Of a stretch of DNA of 64,000 nt, positions 10,486 to 22,149 are shown one piece after another (position 1 is the first letter of the stretch; every line of letters begins with the position of its first letter). The DNA is from Synechococcus sp. (lineage in GTDB: Bacteria > Cyanobacteriota > Cyanobacteriia > PCC-6307 > Cyanobiaceae). The stretch covers positions 422,892 to 486,891 of the forward strand of contig JBJBDL010000003.1 in assembly GCA_047285305.1 (NCBI GenBank), written 5' to 3'. The notes beneath the pieces were generated by a model. The model saw only the letters and a program-made list of their open reading frames with translations, made no database searches and had not been told where the DNA came from. A program made the position numbers and the translations under genes.

Positions 10486-11220
10486 TCAGCTGGAAGGAGA
10501 TGCAGAAGCCCGTAACTGGGCCATGAGGCTGGAGAAACTCCGGTTCACAGGAGCTTCACGATCATCGGGGTTGACGATGCCGGCCGAAATGATCGTTCGG
10601 AAAGCTTCTTCAACGCTGATCTCCAGCTCTCGGACGGATCCAGCTGGAACAAGGGTGTACCAACCGGTGGTGGGATTCGGAGCGGTGGGAATGAACACAC
10701 TCAACAGGGGCTCCTTCAGATCAGATTGAAGTGAAGGCCCCACCTCCCCGGTGACAAAACCAACGCTGAACAATCCCTCCCGTGGGTACTCAACGAGAAC
10801 AACACGACGAAAGCGAGAGGAGTTGTCGCGGAAAAAGGTCTCGAGCAGCTGCTTCAGCGTCTTGTAGACCGATCCAGCCAGGGGAATCCGGCTCAAGGTG
10901 CCTTCACCGAACTCCAACAGCCAGCGACCCACGATGTTTCGCGCCATCAAGCCGATCAAAAGGATGCCCATCAGAGGCACCGTGAGACCGAGAGCCAGAT
11001 TGATCAGATCCTGAAGCAATGGATTCAGGGTGATGAACGGGTTGAACTGCTTCGGTATCGAGGTCAGGAACGCCAGAACAAAGCGACTGACGATCGTTGA
11101 CAGCCAAATGGTGGTCGCCAATGGAATAACCACAAGCAACCCTGCAATCAGGTCGTTTTTCAGATCCTGCCGAAGCCTTGCGGACAGCGGCAGATCAGGT
11201 CTGGGATTGGACTGGACCAA
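10486..11220 (-). CDS. DUF502-family membrane protein
   Basis: 244 aa with two N-terminal TM segments followed by the conserved IPLAGSVYKTLKQL and VFIPTAPNPTTGW blocks that I associate with DUF502. The start codon is TTG. Confidence 0.75.
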   Translation of the reverse strand: MVQSNPRPDLPLSARLRQDLKNDLIAGLLVVIPLATTIWLSTIVSRFVLAFLTSIPKQFNPFITLNPLLQDLINLALGLTVPLMGILLIGLMARNIVGRWLLEFGEGTLSRIPLAGSVYKTLKQLLETFFRDNSSRFRRVVLVEYPREGLFSVGFVTGEVGPSLQSDLKEPLLSVFIPTAPNPTTGWYTLVPAGSVRELEISVEEAFRTIISAGIVNPDDREAPVNRSFSSLMAQLRASASPSS

Positions 11221-11270
11221 GGAGCTACTGCGCCCAGCTTTGAGTGGAGTCTGACCAACCTAACCAGCGG

Positions 11271-11918
11271 TCAGAGCACTGCCGTGAACGCAAGGAGCGC
11301 AAACGCAATCGCAAGAACCACAGCCGTAATGGTTCCACCGATGAACCGCTGCTGGGATTCACGGGCCTGGCCAGCCTCAAAGTTCTTGAATTGGGCCTCC
11401 ATCTGGGCGATCTGATCGTCCACCATCTTTTGTGCCGCCCGCAGCTTGTCGTCCTCGGTGGCATCGGCAGCTAGTTGACCGGCCTGGGCCAGTTGCTCAC
11501 CAAGGGAGGTGACCTGCGCTGCATCGGCGCGGAAGGCTCGTGCATCCTTCAGCGCTTCGCGGCCCTGTTCCAGATTGCGCTGACGGGCCACCTCACCCGC
11601 ACCCCCATCCAGGGACATGGGCACGGCCATCACCATGCCGAGGGCCAACAGCGCTGAAAGAACGGCGATCAGCAGACGCAAAGGAGTGCGCTGCTGATGG
11701 GGATGATCCAGCCGTGATCCGATCAGGCAGATCAACAAACCGGCAAATCCCAAAGGAGCAAGGGCCACAAGCGGTCCGGTGACCTGCGGGCGTGGAGCAT
11801 CCGCACCCCAGTCGACACCTACAAGAACAGCCAACATCTGCAGGACGAGGATCACCACGAGGGTCAAACCAAGCCAGCGCAACAAGGAAGTAAGCCGTCC
11901 TGGCTCAGTGCCGGTCAC
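11271..11918 (-). CDS. Membrane protein with a central coiled coil (possibly HpsJ-like; name tentative)
   Basis: 215 aa with 3-4 TM segments at the N-terminus, an Ala/Gln/Glu-rich helical region and a C-terminal TM. The family name is from memory only. Confidence 0.7.
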   Translation of the reverse strand: MTGTEPGRLTSLLRWLGLTLVVILVLQMLAVLVGVDWGADAPRPQVTGPLVALAPLGFAGLLICLIGSRLDHPHQQRTPLRLLIAVLSALLALGMVMAVPMSLDGGAGEVARQRNLEQGREALKDARAFRADAAQVTSLGEQLAQAGQLAADATEDDKLRAAQKMVDDQIAQMEAQFKNFEAGQARESQQRFIGGTITAVVLAIAFALLAFTAVL

Positions 11919-11954
11919 AGAGATGATGCTGATAAGCGCCCAACCTTAAGGTCG

Positions 11955-12920
11955 ATGCAAGGGCATGTCACCGATCCACAAACTCGTTTAAGCGAGGCTC
12001 TGAAGCGCCGCGCCGCTAAGGAAGGGTTCAATCCCGTAGGCATTGCCAGAATCCCGGGAAGTCCACGGCTGCAGCTGCGCACCAAAGCCCTGCAGCGATG
12101 GTTAGACCATGGTCATCAAGCTGACATGGCCTGGATGGCCGCCCCCCGTCGGCGAGACCCCAGGCTTCTGTTGGAAGGAGCCAACAGCGTGCTCGCCGTT
12201 GGCCTCAACTATTACGTCGACGCTCAACCCTCCCCCGGCTCCCTCAAAGTCGCCCGCTATGGCTGGGGGCGGGACTATCACCGGGTTGTGGATCAACGGC
12301 TGCGACGGATCGGTCGCTGGCTTTCGAAACAAAGGCCCAGCTGCGGTTGGCGCGCCTGTGTTGACGCCACACCGCTGCTGGACAAGGCCTGGGCTGAGGA
12401 AGCCGGCCTGGGCTGGATCGGTAAGCACAGCAATCTGATTCACCCCGAACGGGGCTCGTGGATGGTGATTGGCCATCTGCTGACAACGGAGCCCTTGGAC
12501 GCCGACCCACCAGCCCGCAGCCTCTGTGGACGCTGCAGCTCCTGCATCGATGCCTGCCCCACTCATGCGATCCGCGAACCTTTTGTGGTGGATGCAAGGC
12601 GGTGTCTGGCCTTTCACACGATCGAAAACCGTGAAGACGACTTACCAGAGAACATTCGCGCCGCCCTTGGACCGTGGGTGGCAGGGTGTGACATCTGCCA
12701 GGACGTCTGCCCCTGGAACCATCGAAATTTGCCCCAGAGCAGTGATCCCGAGGTGCAGCCACGCCCATGGCTGCTGAATCTGCATAGGGAACAGATCCAG
12801 AGCTGGGGTGACAGCGACTGGGACCAAAACCTGCGGGGATCGGCGTTGCGACGGATTAAACCCTGGATGTGGCGTCGCAACGCCGCTGCAGCACAACCGG
12901 ATCCCACACCTACGCTTTAG
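11955..12920 (+). CDS. queG: tRNA epoxyqueuosine(34) reductase
   Basis: Two ferredoxin-type cluster motifs (CGRCSSCIDACP, CDICQDVCPWN), a WGRDYH block and a HEAT-like C-terminus. Confidence 0.88.
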   Translation: MQGHVTDPQTRLSEALKRRAAKEGFNPVGIARIPGSPRLQLRTKALQRWLDHGHQADMAWMAAPRRRDPRLLLEGANSVLAVGLNYYVDAQPSPGSLKVARYGWGRDYHRVVDQRLRRIGRWLSKQRPSCGWRACVDATPLLDKAWAEEAGLGWIGKHSNLIHPERGSWMVIGHLLTTEPLDADPPARSLCGRCSSCIDACPTHAIREPFVVDARRCLAFHTIENREDDLPENIRAALGPWVAGCDICQDVCPWNHRNLPQSSDPEVQPRPWLLNLHREQIQSWGDSDWDQNLRGSALRRIKPWMWRRNAAAAQPDPTPTL

Positions 12921-12939
12921 CGACTCCTCCCTCACTCCA

Positions 12940-13821
12940 GTGCTGCGTCGAATTGGCTTGCGTCGAACGCTGGCGGCTGCACTGGTCGTTCTTGGGGGTT
13001 CGTTTGGTGCCCCAGCAGCCAACGCCCTGATCCCCTACGTCTATCTACCCACCGAAGAGGACCTCGAGGGCTCATCGATCGGCATGGGTCGGACGGCTGC
13101 ACAGCTGCTTCAGCTGGGGCAAGCCAAAGACGCAGCACGACTCGCGGCTCTGGCGGTGCGGCTTAACCCAAATGACGAACGGTTCTGGTCGATCCTGGCG
13201 GAGGCTCAACTGCGCAATAACAACCTCAAGGACGCAAGCCGGTCTCTGGCCCGCGCCAAGCAACTGAATCCTGAAAAAGCCGGCCTGTGGTTCGCCGAAG
13301 CAGCAATCGCCCTGCGGGCAGAGCGACCGGACGATGCCGTTCCCTTGATTACCCGCGGACTCCAATTGGATCCGAACAACGCTTCGGCTTATTTCGACCT
13401 CGGCAACGCCAGGATCATGCAGGGAGAACTCCCTCTGGCCCTGAAGTCGTTCGAAAAAGCCACGGGCCTGAAGCCGGAGTTCTGGGAAGCCCTGAACAAC
13501 CAGGCTCTGGTGCTTTTCGAGATGGGCCAGCGTCAGGAAGCGGTGCGTCGTTGGCGCCGGGTGTTGAAGCTGGAGACCAACGCAGAACCGATGCTGGCCC
13601 TGGCCGCAGCTCTGCATCAACAGGGTGAGCAGACCGAGGCGATCCAGCTGGCTTCCACAGCGTTGGCCAAGAACCCCAACTACGTCTTGCCCCTGCATCA
13701 AGCCGAACAGCTTTGGGGTGTGCGCATCCGTGAGGCGACGGCACAATTGCTGAGCGAGCCGCAGCTCACCAACAGCGTGGAACGAGCCCAAGCCAACGCA
13801 ACGTGGAAGAAAAGCCAGTGA
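12940..13821 (+). CDS. Secreted/periplasmic TPR-repeat protein
   Basis: Repeated 34-aa TPR units (e.g. AYFDLGNARIMQGELPLALKSFEKATGLKPEF). The track start at 12808 lies inside queG. The in-frame GTG at 12940 gives a signal-like N-terminus (LRRIGLRRTLAAALVVLGGSFGAPAANA). Confidence 0.8.
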   Translation: MLRRIGLRRTLAAALVVLGGSFGAPAANALIPYVYLPTEEDLEGSSIGMGRTAAQLLQLGQAKDAARLAALAVRLNPNDERFWSILAEAQLRNNNLKDASRSLARAKQLNPEKAGLWFAEAAIALRAERPDDAVPLITRGLQLDPNNASAYFDLGNARIMQGELPLALKSFEKATGLKPEFWEALNNQALVLFEMGQRQEAVRRWRRVLKLETNAEPMLALAAALHQQGEQTEAIQLASTALAKNPNYVLPLHQAEQLWGVRIREATAQLLSEPQLTNSVERAQANATWKKSQ

Positions 13822-13866
13822 TCATCTGTAGGCTGAGCGCCTTCCGGTCGGAGAGCGACAGACCGA

Positions 13867-16335
13867 ATGGCTGAGGAGCGCGTTCAACCGATCGCCCTGC
13901 ATCAGGAGATGCAGCGCTCCTACCTCGAATACGCGATGAGCGTGATCGTGGGTCGGGCATTGCCCGATGCCCGCGATGGCCTCAAACCTGTCCAACGGCG
14001 GATTCTGTACGCAATGCAGGAACTGGGGCTGACCCCAGACCGTCCGTATCGGAAATGCGCGAGGGTTGTTGGTGACGTCCTCGGCAAATACCACCCCCAC
14101 GGTGATCAGGCCGTTTACGACGCCTTGGTGCGGCTTGTTCAGAGCTTCTCCAGCCGTCACCCACTGCTCGACGGCCATGGCAATTTCGGCTCGGTGGATG
14201 ACGACCCACCAGCGGCCATGAGGTACACCGAAACCCGCCTGGCGCCGATCTCTCACCAGGCGATGCTGGAGGAGATCGGTGAAGACACGGTTGATTTCGC
14301 ACCGAACTTCGATGGGTCCCAACAGGAACCCACCGTTCTTCCGGCCCAGCTTCCCTTCCTGCTTCTGAATGGCTGCTCCGGCATCGCCGTTGGCATGGCC
14401 ACCAGCATTCCCCCGCACAACCTGGGAGAGGTGGTGGATGGCCTGATTGCCCTGATCCGCAAACCGGAGCTGAGTGACGAAAAACTGCTGGAGCTGATCC
14501 CAGGGCCCGACTTCCCCACAGGCGGTGAAGTGCTGATCAGCTCAGGCATGCGGGACACCTACCTGCATGGACGCGGCAGCATCCCGATGCGCGGCGTAGC
14601 CCACACCGAAGAGGTGCAACCGGGCAAGGGACGCCACAAACGAAATGCCGTGGTCGTCACCGAACTGCCGTACCAGCTCAGCAAAGCCGGCTGGATTGAA
14701 AAACTGGCGGAGTCGGTCAACGACGGAAAAATCGGCGGAATCGCCGACATCCGCGACGAAAGCGACCGCGAAGGCATGCGTGTGGTGGTGGAGCTGCGTC
14801 GCGATGCAGATCCTGAGAAGGTGCTGAAGGATCTGCAACGGCGAACGGCACTGCAGAGCAACTTCGGAGCCATCCTTCTCGCCCTTGTGGATGGACAACC
14901 CCAGCAGCTGTCGCTGCGCCAACTGCTGCAGACCTTCCTCGATTTCAGGGAACTGACTCTGATCCGGCGCACCAGTCATGCCCTGCGCAAGACCGAAGAA
15001 CGGCTTGAGGTGGTGGAAGGACTGATCACAGCCCTGAACAATCTTCAGGCCGTGATCGCCATGATTCAGGAAGCGAATGACGCCGCCTCAGCCCGCGCCA
15101 GCCTGATGGTGCGCCTCGACATCAGCGAACGGCAGGCGGATGCGGTGTTGGCCATGCCCCTGAGGCGCCTGACCGGACTCGAACAGGAAAGCCTGCGCCA
15201 GGAGCTGGATGAGCTTCGAGCAGAACGCCAACGCCTGAAGTTGCTCCTGGACAACCGGGATCAGCTGCTGGACGCGATGGTGACAGAGCTCAAGGCCTTG
15301 AAAAAACGCTTCAGCACCCCGCGGCGAACCCGCCTGGTGGAGGGCGGTGATGCCCTGATGGCCGAACGGGCGGCCAGCCAACGGCCGAACACGGAACTGC
15401 TGCGTCAGCAGGCCCTGGCTGCACTGCCCGGAGATGGTCGGGTGCTGATCCAGGCCGATGGCCAAGTGAAAATCGTCACCCCCCAGGTGCTGGGACGACT
15501 GCACCTCAATGATCCTTGCCCCATTGGTGATGCACCATCTCCGGCACGGGTGATCCTGCCGATCGAGCCACCACCACAACTGTTGGCGGTGAGTGCGGGG
15601 GGACGCATCGCCCAGGTGCGCTGGGAGTTTGCTGGACAACAACCCGGCCCAATTGACCGATTCCTGCCCACGGGCCTCGACGGAGACCCCATCGTTTCGC
15701 TGCTGTCGCTGCCCAGCAAAAACATCGACGACCTAAGTCTGGGCTTGCTCAGCAGCGATGGACGCTTTAAGCGGCTCCCACTCAGCGAAGTAGTGGACCT
15801 TTCCGGTCGGGCCACCAGCGTTCTCAAATTGAAAGAGGGTGTCGAGCTCAATAGTGCAGTGATCTGCCGCGATCAGGGAACACTGGTGCTGATCAGCGAC
15901 ATCGGTCGCCTGCTGCGACTGCGAGTCACTGAAGATTCACTTCCGTTGATGGGTCGATTGGCGCAGGGACCCATGACCATGCGATTGCTCCCAGGGGAAC
16001 AGATTGTTGGAGCCGTCTGCACGGAACAGACACCACTGATGCTGATCACCAGGAAAGGAATGATCGGGCGAATCGACTCTTCAGGCCTGCGCTACAACCA
16101 ACGGGGCGATCTCGGCAGCATGGCGGTGCAGATTGATGCGGAATCTGATCGTCTGGTGGGCATCAGCACTGGACCCGGTCTTGTTGGTGTGCGCACCAGC
16201 AATGATCGTCACGGACGCTTGGATCCGGACAACATCAACATCTCAAAACCCGGAGACAAACCCACGGAGCAGGCGTCTCTTCGGAAGGGAGAGGCCATCG
16301 TTGAAGTGATCAACGCCATTCAACCGAATCCCTAA
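13867..16335 (+). CDS. Type IIA topoisomerase subunit A paralogue (GyrA/ParC-like)
   Basis: 822 aa with [19 protein letters not shown] and the AAMRYTE catalytic-Tyr region. I saw no QRRGGKG-type GyrA box in the beta-pinwheel C-terminal domain. Confidence 0.9.
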   Translation: MAEERVQPIALHQEMQRSYLEYAMSVIVGRALPDARDGLKPVQRRILYAMQELGLTPDRPYRKCARVVGDVLGKYHPHGDQAVYDALVRLVQSFSSRHPLLDGHGNFGSVDDDPPAAMRYTETRLAPISHQAMLEEIGEDTVDFAPNFDGSQQEPTVLPAQLPFLLLNGCSGIAVGMATSIPPHNLGEVVDGLIALIRKPELSDEKLLELIPGPDFPTGGEVLISSGMRDTYLHGRGSIPMRGVAHTEEVQPGKGRHKRNAVVVTELPYQLSKAGWIEKLAESVNDGKIGGIADIRDESDREGMRVVVELRRDADPEKVLKDLQRRTALQSNFGAILLALVDGQPQQLSLRQLLQTFLDFRELTLIRRTSHALRKTEERLEVVEGLITALNNLQAVIAMIQEANDAASARASLMVRLDISERQADAVLAMPLRRLTGLEQESLRQELDELRAERQRLKLLLDNRDQLLDAMVTELKALKKRFSTPRRTRLVEGGDALMAERAASQRPNTELLRQQALAALPGDGRVLIQADGQVKIVTPQVLGRLHLNDPCPIGDAPSPARVILPIEPPPQLLAVSAGGRIAQVRWEFAGQQPGPIDRFLPTGLDGDPIVSLLSLPSKNIDDLSLGLLSSDGRFKRLPLSEVVDLSGRATSVLKLKEGVELNSAVICRDQGTLVLISDIGRLLRLRVTEDSLPLMGRLAQGPMTMRLLPGEQIVGAVCTEQTPLMLITRKGMIGRIDSSGLRYNQRGDLGSMAVQIDAESDRLVGISTGPGLVGVRTSNDRHGRLDPDNINISKPGDKPTEQASLRKGEAIVEVINAIQPNP

Positions 16336-16341
16336 CCCCAA

Positions 16342-17799
16342 TCAGGAGCGGCAATTCTGCTCCAACCACTGGAAATAATCTTCGTCGATTCCACCGGTCA
16401 CATAGTGGCCATCAAAACAAGACATCTCGAGATCCTTAATCTCAGTATTCTCAACAATGCTCTCTAACAAGTTCTCAACGGTCTGATAAACAACATGATC
16501 AGCTCCAAGAACATCTGAGATCTGATCACTGGTTCGGCCGTGGGCAAGGAGCTCTGCCCGGGTTGGCATGTTGATCCCATAAACATTGGGATAGCGAACC
16601 GGTGGAGCTGCCGACGTGAACGTCACCTTGTTGGCACCAGCGCTGCGTGCCATCTGAACAATCTCACGCGATGTAGTTCCACGAACAATCGAATCGTCGA
16701 CAATCAGAACATTCTTCCCGGCGAATTCAGTTCCGAGAGCATTGAGCTTCTGCCGCACTGATTTCTTCCTTTCAGCTTGTCCAGGCATGATGAAGGTGCG
16801 GCCGACATACCGGTTCTTGTAAAAACCTTCTCGATACTCAAGACCCAATTGCTTGGCCACCTGCATCGCCGAAGGTCTTGCGGAATCAGGAATCGGCATC
16901 ACGACATCAATATCACCAGCCGGCAATGTTTCAGCAATTGTTTGAGCCAGACGATCACCCATCCGTAAACGCGACTCGTATACCGATATGCCATTCATCA
17001 CGGAATCCGGCCGCGCCAAATACACGTACTCAAAAGCACAGGGAATCAAGCGAGGAGACTCAGAACACTGACGCTGGTGCAAGTTCAAATCCGCGTCGAT
17101 GAACACCGCCTCACCGGGGTCAACATCCCGCACGATCTCGTAACCACTGTTTTCAATCACAAGCGATTCACTGGCGACAATCCACTCCTCACGACCCTGG
17201 TCAGACAACCGTCTGCCGAGAATCAGAGGACGAATTCCATAGGGATCCCGGAAGGCCAGCATTCCGTGGCCCGCAATCAAAGCGATAGCCGCGTAGGAGC
17301 CCTGAACGCGGCGATGGAGTGACGCCACCGCATCAAACAACTGATCCGGTGTCAGATCACGTCCTGTGAGTTGAGATTGAATCTCCGTGGCCAACACATT
17401 GACCAGCATCTCCGTATCGCTGGTGGAATTGGTGTGACGACGATCAATCTTGAACAGATCTTGCTCAAGCTGAAGGGTGTTGGTGAGATTGCCGTTGTGA
17501 ACGAAAGTGATGCCATAGGGGGCATTCACATAGAACGGCTGAACTTCCTCTTCTGACGCAGCAGCACCACGGGTGGCATAACGAACGTGACCGATCCCGG
17601 CGTTGCCCAGCAGCTTTCGCATGTCTCTTGTGCGAAAGGCTTCACGTACACGTCCCCTTTGTTTGTGCACATGGAAGGTGTAATTGTCCATCGTGACAAT
17701 CCCTGCCGAGTCCTGACCACGGTGCTGAAGCAGAAGCAGATTGTCGTAGATCTGTTGGTTGACTGAGTCAACACAGAACATTCCGATAATGCCGCACAT
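16342..17799 (-). CDS. purF: Amidophosphoribosyltransferase
   Basis: MCGIIG N-terminal nucleophile, and the PRT motif VLIVDDSIVRGTT. Confidence 0.95.
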   Translation of the reverse strand: MCGIIGMFCVDSVNQQIYDNLLLLQHRGQDSAGIVTMDNYTFHVHKQRGRVREAFRTRDMRKLLGNAGIGHVRYATRGAAASEEEVQPFYVNAPYGITFVHNGNLTNTLQLEQDLFKIDRRHTNSTSDTEMLVNVLATEIQSQLTGRDLTPDQLFDAVASLHRRVQGSYAAIALIAGHGMLAFRDPYGIRPLILGRRLSDQGREEWIVASESLVIENSGYEIVRDVDPGEAVFIDADLNLHQRQCSESPRLIPCAFEYVYLARPDSVMNGISVYESRLRMGDRLAQTIAETLPAGDIDVVMPIPDSARPSAMQVAKQLGLEYREGFYKNRYVGRTFIMPGQAERKKSVRQKLNALGTEFAGKNVLIVDDSIVRGTTSREIVQMARSAGANKVTFTSAAPPVRYPNVYGINMPTRAELLAHGRTSDQISDVLGADHVVYQTVENLLESIVENTEIKDLEMSCFDGHYVTGGIDEDYFQWLEQNCRS

Positions 17800-17858
17800 G
17801 ATGAATCCGAAATCAGAGATAAGGAAGAGAAACGACCGTCAGGCAAGGCCTGACTCAA

Positions 17859-20165
17859 TCACTCCGAATGCATCCGTCGGGGCAACGCATCACGGAAAAC
17901 AGCAGCACAGCGTTGCACCTCAAGATCGAGCTGAACAGCCGATTCGGATCGGATCACCAATCGAGCCTCCGCGGTCACGCTGCCCAGCTGGGTGACACAG
18001 AGCGCTGGATTGGATCCGCTCAACTGCTCCCATACAGGGAGGGATGCTGCATTCACCGACACAATCACCCGGCTGCCGCCTTCGGCGAACAGAACCCGTT
18101 CCAGGCGCGCTGAGCCTGTGGACAAGGTCACGCTGATGCCCAGACCAGAAGCGATGCAGGATTCGGCTAATGCCACGGCCATGCCGCCATCACTGCAATC
18201 GTGGGCGGAGGCCAACAAACCTTGAGCAATAGCCTCACGCACCAAATTCCCCACCGCTGCTTCGACGGCAAGATCGGGCTTGGGCGGTCGTCCGGCCAAG
18301 GAGCCAAGGGTCTGCTGCTGATAAGCACTCCCGGCCAAACCAAGGCTTGGATCGGCACCATCCTCCGGTGGAACCCCGATGAGGAAGATCGCATCGCCGG
18401 ACTGCTGCCAGGCCAAGCCAGTCACACGGCTGATGTCATCTACACCACCAACCATGCCGATCACCGGCGTGGGGTGGATCGGTTGCATTGTGCCGTCGTC
18501 CTGTTTGGTCTCGTTGTAGAGCGAGACATTGCCGCCAGTGACGGGGGTGTTGAGGGCACGGCAGGCATCGGAGATCCCGCGGCAGGCCATGGCCAGCTGC
18601 CAGAAGCCCTTGGGTGTTTCCGGTGACGGAAAATTGAGGTTGTCGGTCACCGCCAGGGGCTCCGCCCCAACACAACTCAGGTTGCGTGCCGCTTCAGCAA
18701 CGGCCGCCTGAGCGCCGCGTTCGGGATCCAGGGCAACCCAACGGTTGGGGCAGTCGACCGTGGCAGCAACACCACGATTGGATGCGGCCATGGATCCATC
18801 GCCTTGCTGAGGTCTCAGACGCACCACAGCAGCATCACCGGCTCCAGAAGAGACCACCGTGTTGGCCAGCACCTGCTGGTCGTACTGACGGTGAACCCAC
18901 TGCTTGCTCGCAATGGTGGGGTCATCCAGAAGCTGAAGCAGGGCTGCCGCTGCATCGCTCAGCTCCGGAAGCTCCTGCTCGGTCCAACTCCAGAGCGCCT
19001 GAAGGTCTGCCGGGGGCTCCTGCAACAGGGCATGTTTTTCGATTGGGGTGTCATCGGCAAGAGCCGTGGCCGGCACCTCAGCGGCGACGGCACCGTGATG
19101 CAACACCCGCACAATCGGTTCCTGGAGAACCTTGCCAACAACCGCCGCCTGCAAGCCCCAGCGACGGAAGCGCTGCATCAAGACGTCCTCCCGGCCAGCC
19201 TTCACCACGAACAACATCCGTTCCTGGGATTCCGACAACAGGAACTCGTAAGCCGTCATTCCGGTTTCACGGGCTGGAACACGGTCCAGATCCAGTTCCA
19301 CCCCCAGGCCCCCCTTGGCAGCCATTTCCGAACAGCTGCAGGTGAGACCAGCGGCGCCCATGTCCTGAGCAGCCACCACATCACCACTGGCGAAGGCCTC
19401 AAGGCAGGCTTCGATCAGCCCTTTCTCCAGAAACGGATCGCCCACTTGAACGGCGGGGCGATCGTCCAAGGAATCCGCACTGAGCTCAGCACTAGCAAAG
19501 CTGGCTCCACCCATGCCGTCCCGACCGGTGGTGCTGCCCACGTACACCACAGGATTGCCGACGCCGATCGCACCGGATTTGACGATCTCCTCGGTCTCCA
19601 TCAAGCCAAGGGCCATGGCATTCACCAGCGGATTGCCTGAATAGGAGGGATCAAAAGCCACCTCGCCACCCACAGTCGGCACCCCAACGCAGTTGCCGTA
19701 ATGGGCAATGCCGGCCACAACGCCTTCCATCAGGCCAACGTTGGCGGGATCCTCAAGAGGGCCGAAGCGCAGAGCGTTCAGCAGCGCAATCGGACGCGCC
19801 CCCATCGTGAAGATGTCACGCAGGATGCCCCCCACCCCTGTGGCCGCACCCTGAAAGGGTTCGACGGCGGAGGGGTGGTTGTGGCTTTCGATCTTGAAGG
19901 CCAACCGGTGGCCCTCACCGAGATCCACCACACCAGCGTTTTCGCCGGGTCCCACAAGGATGCGTGGTCCCTCCGTGGGGAAGCCACTCAGCAAAGGCCG
20001 GGAATTGCGATAACAGCAGTGTTCGGACCACATCACCCCGAACATGCCCAGTTCGGCTCGATTCGGCTCGCGGCCGAGACGCCGACAGATCTCATCCCAG
20101 TCACTGGGCTTCAGACCTTCCTGCTTCAGGGCTGCAGCTATGTCGTACGCAGGGGAGGAAACCAC
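17859..20165 (-). CDS. purL: Phosphoribosylformylglycinamidine synthase subunit PurL
   Basis: [15 protein letters not shown] and [11 protein letters not shown] motifs. The 847-aa track ORF (start 20402) overlaps the upstream gene. The in-frame GTG at 20165 ([17 protein letters not shown]...) gives about 768 aa, the usual PurL size. Confidence 0.93.
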   Translation of the reverse strand: MVSSPAYDIAAALKQEGLKPSDWDEICRRLGREPNRAELGMFGVMWSEHCCYRNSRPLLSGFPTEGPRILVGPGENAGVVDLGEGHRLAFKIESHNHPSAVEPFQGAATGVGGILRDIFTMGARPIALLNALRFGPLEDPANVGLMEGVVAGIAHYGNCVGVPTVGGEVAFDPSYSGNPLVNAMALGLMETEEIVKSGAIGVGNPVVYVGSTTGRDGMGGASFASAELSADSLDDRPAVQVGDPFLEKGLIEACLEAFASGDVVAAQDMGAAGLTCSCSEMAAKGGLGVELDLDRVPARETGMTAYEFLLSESQERMLFVVKAGREDVLMQRFRRWGLQAAVVGKVLQEPIVRVLHHGAVAAEVPATALADDTPIEKHALLQEPPADLQALWSWTEQELPELSDAAAALLQLLDDPTIASKQWVHRQYDQQVLANTVVSSGAGDAAVVRLRPQQGDGSMAASNRGVAATVDCPNRWVALDPERGAQAAVAEAARNLSCVGAEPLAVTDNLNFPSPETPKGFWQLAMACRGISDACRALNTPVTGGNVSLYNETKQDDGTMQPIHPTPVIGMVGGVDDISRVTGLAWQQSGDAIFLIGVPPEDGADPSLGLAGSAYQQQTLGSLAGRPPKPDLAVEAAVGNLVREAIAQGLLASAHDCSDGGMAVALAESCIASGLGISVTLSTGSARLERVLFAEGGSRVIVSVNAASLPVWEQLSGSNPALCVTQLGSVTAEARLVIRSESAVQLDLEVQRCAAVFRDALPRRMHSE

Positions 20166-20205
20166 GAATCGCGGAGCACCTGCCCCCAGTGTTGCCGACC
20201 GCCCG

Positions 20206-20961
20206 TCAGACCCAGGGATCTTCGTCCTCGCGGCGGCGGCGAGAGGGGAGCTCGTCCCAGCTTTCGTCGTCCCAGACCTCAGGTCCAGACACCTCTCCTG
20301 GTTCGTCCTCGTCGTCGGATGTGAAGCGCACGCTTTCCGATCGCAGCTCATCGATGGGCGAGTCATCCAACCAACCCTCCAGGCGATCGCTGGCCCGATC
20401 ACCCATGGAACGCAACTGGTCCCGCCAGTGTTGGGTGCGTTGAAGCAGATCTTGCCGAACGCTGGCGCGGGCCATGGGCAGATCGTCCAATCCCATCAGG
20501 CCGGTTTGGATCTGACCCGGTTGTTGATCAAGGATGCGATCGGGAGCCAAACGCCATCGGGAACTCCCCGGCAAACGCGGGTCGCTGCGGGCGATCAGAT
20601 AGTGAAGAATCGCGCCATCGGCAGGTCGAAAATCAAGGTCCACAACGCTGCCGATCCGCTCACCGTCACGGTCCAGCAAGGCTGCATCCATCAGCGTGGG
20701 CAAGCGCTCCAGGGTCACCTGATCGGTGACCGCTGGCTCGCCACGCACAAACACCTGTTGATCGCTCAAACCACAACACTGGTTCAAACGCCAGACATCC
20801 CGTGACATGCGCAGGGCCGATGGACGGCTGACCCAGCCCAGAAGCCGATGCACCGGGGGATGCATCCAGGCCATTACCCCAGGCCCGTGATCCAGACCCA
20901 GATCACAACGAACCGTATGACTCAGAAGATCACTGAGGAGCAGCTGATCCGGTAGCGACAC
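20206..20961 (-). CDS. PRC-barrel-domain protein with an acidic C-terminal tail
   Basis: 251 aa with PRC-barrel-like blocks (LLGWVSRP..., [23 protein letters not shown]) and the tail [36 protein letters not shown]. It lies 1 nt downstream of dnaN. Confidence 0.75.
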   Translation of the reverse strand: MSLPDQLLLSDLLSHTVRCDLGLDHGPGVMAWMHPPVHRLLGWVSRPSALRMSRDVWRLNQCCGLSDQQVFVRGEPAVTDQVTLERLPTLMDAALLDRDGERIGSVVDLDFRPADGAILHYLIARSDPRLPGSSRWRLAPDRILDQQPGQIQTGLMGLDDLPMARASVRQDLLQRTQHWRDQLRSMGDRASDRLEGWLDDSPIDELRSESVRFTSDDEDEPGEVSGPEVWDDESWDELPSRRRREDEDPWV

Positions 20962-20962
20962 A

Positions 20963-22120
20963 TCAGGAACGAATCTGAACAGGCATCACCAGATAGGTGA
21001 AGGCTTCGGACACTTCCTCGGAACGGAGCACAGCCGGCGTGGTGGGCGCGTTGCAATGCAGAACAATCCGATCAGAGCCCATAGCTTTCAGGCCATCCAG
21101 CAGGTAGCGAACATTGAAGGCAATCTGCATGGCGTCACCCTCCAAGTTGGAGGGAAGCGATTCAGAGCCACTGCCCACATCCTGTGCATCGGCACTGATC
21201 TGGACAACACCGTCCCCGGGCTGACTGCTGAATTTCACAACGTTGTTGTGTTGATCAGCAAGCACAGCAATCCGCTCCAAAGCAGCGATCAGGGCGCGAC
21301 GGTCCATTCCAAAGGTGCGGGTGAAACCATCGGGGATCAGCTGGCCGTAATTGGGATAGGTGCCTTCCAACGTGCGGCTGGTGACCATTTGGTCGGCTGC
21401 AAGAAACACCACCTGGCCGCGATCACAGAACAAACTGACCGGTTCATCGGACCGCCAGGACGCCATCAGCCGCTCCACCTCCCGCAGTGAGCGCGATGGA
21501 AGTGTCACCGCAAAACCCTCGTCTTCCACGGCATCGGTCACGGCCGCATCCTGCAGGGCATCCTCGACATTGAGCACGGCAAGGCGGTGACCATCGGTGG
21601 CAGCCGCTTCCAAAGCCCGCTGGTTGAACTTGAGATGCACACCGGTGAGCAGTTGCTTCGCTTCATCAGCACTGCTGGCAAACAGGGTGCCTCTGAGCGC
21701 CTGCACCAACCGTTCAGGTTGCAGCTTGAGCGTCATGCCGCTCTCCACCAACGGAAGATCGGGATAGTCGTCAGCACTCATGCCGCGCATCTGATAGCTG
21801 CCGCTGAGGCTGGTGAGCTGAACCTGCTCACCGGAATCGTTTACGGCAAGCGTGACCGGAGAATCGCTGGACAAGCGGGACACGATCTCTCCCAGCAGCC
21901 GGGCCGGCAGTGTGATGGCACCGCTGGTTTCCACACTGGCAGTGAGAGACGTCTGAATTCCCAGGCTCAGGTCAAAACCGGTAAGGCTGAGGCGGTTGCT
22001 GCCGGCATCGGCGGTCAGCAACACATTGGCCAAAACCGGGTGTGTGGGGCGTGTTGCGACTGCACGGCTAACCAATTGCAGAGCGCTATTCAGTTCGGAC
22101 TGTGAACAGACCACCTTCAT
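20963..22120 (-). CDS. dnaN: DNA polymerase III beta sliding clamp
   Basis: 385 aa starting MKVVCSQSELNSALQLVSRAVATRPTHPVLANVLL, with three-domain clamp architecture and the C-terminal MPVQIRS. Confidence 0.95.
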   Translation of the reverse strand: MKVVCSQSELNSALQLVSRAVATRPTHPVLANVLLTADAGSNRLSLTGFDLSLGIQTSLTASVETSGAITLPARLLGEIVSRLSSDSPVTLAVNDSGEQVQLTSLSGSYQMRGMSADDYPDLPLVESGMTLKLQPERLVQALRGTLFASSADEAKQLLTGVHLKFNQRALEAAATDGHRLAVLNVEDALQDAAVTDAVEDEGFAVTLPSRSLREVERLMASWRSDEPVSLFCDRGQVVFLAADQMVTSRTLEGTYPNYGQLIPDGFTRTFGMDRRALIAALERIAVLADQHNNVVKFSSQPGDGVVQISADAQDVGSGSESLPSNLEGDAMQIAFNVRYLLDGLKAMGSDRIVLHCNAPTTPAVLRSEEVSEAFTYLVMPVQIRS

Positions 22121-22149
22121 CGTCCTGAAGACCTGAGCGCGCTGAGGTG

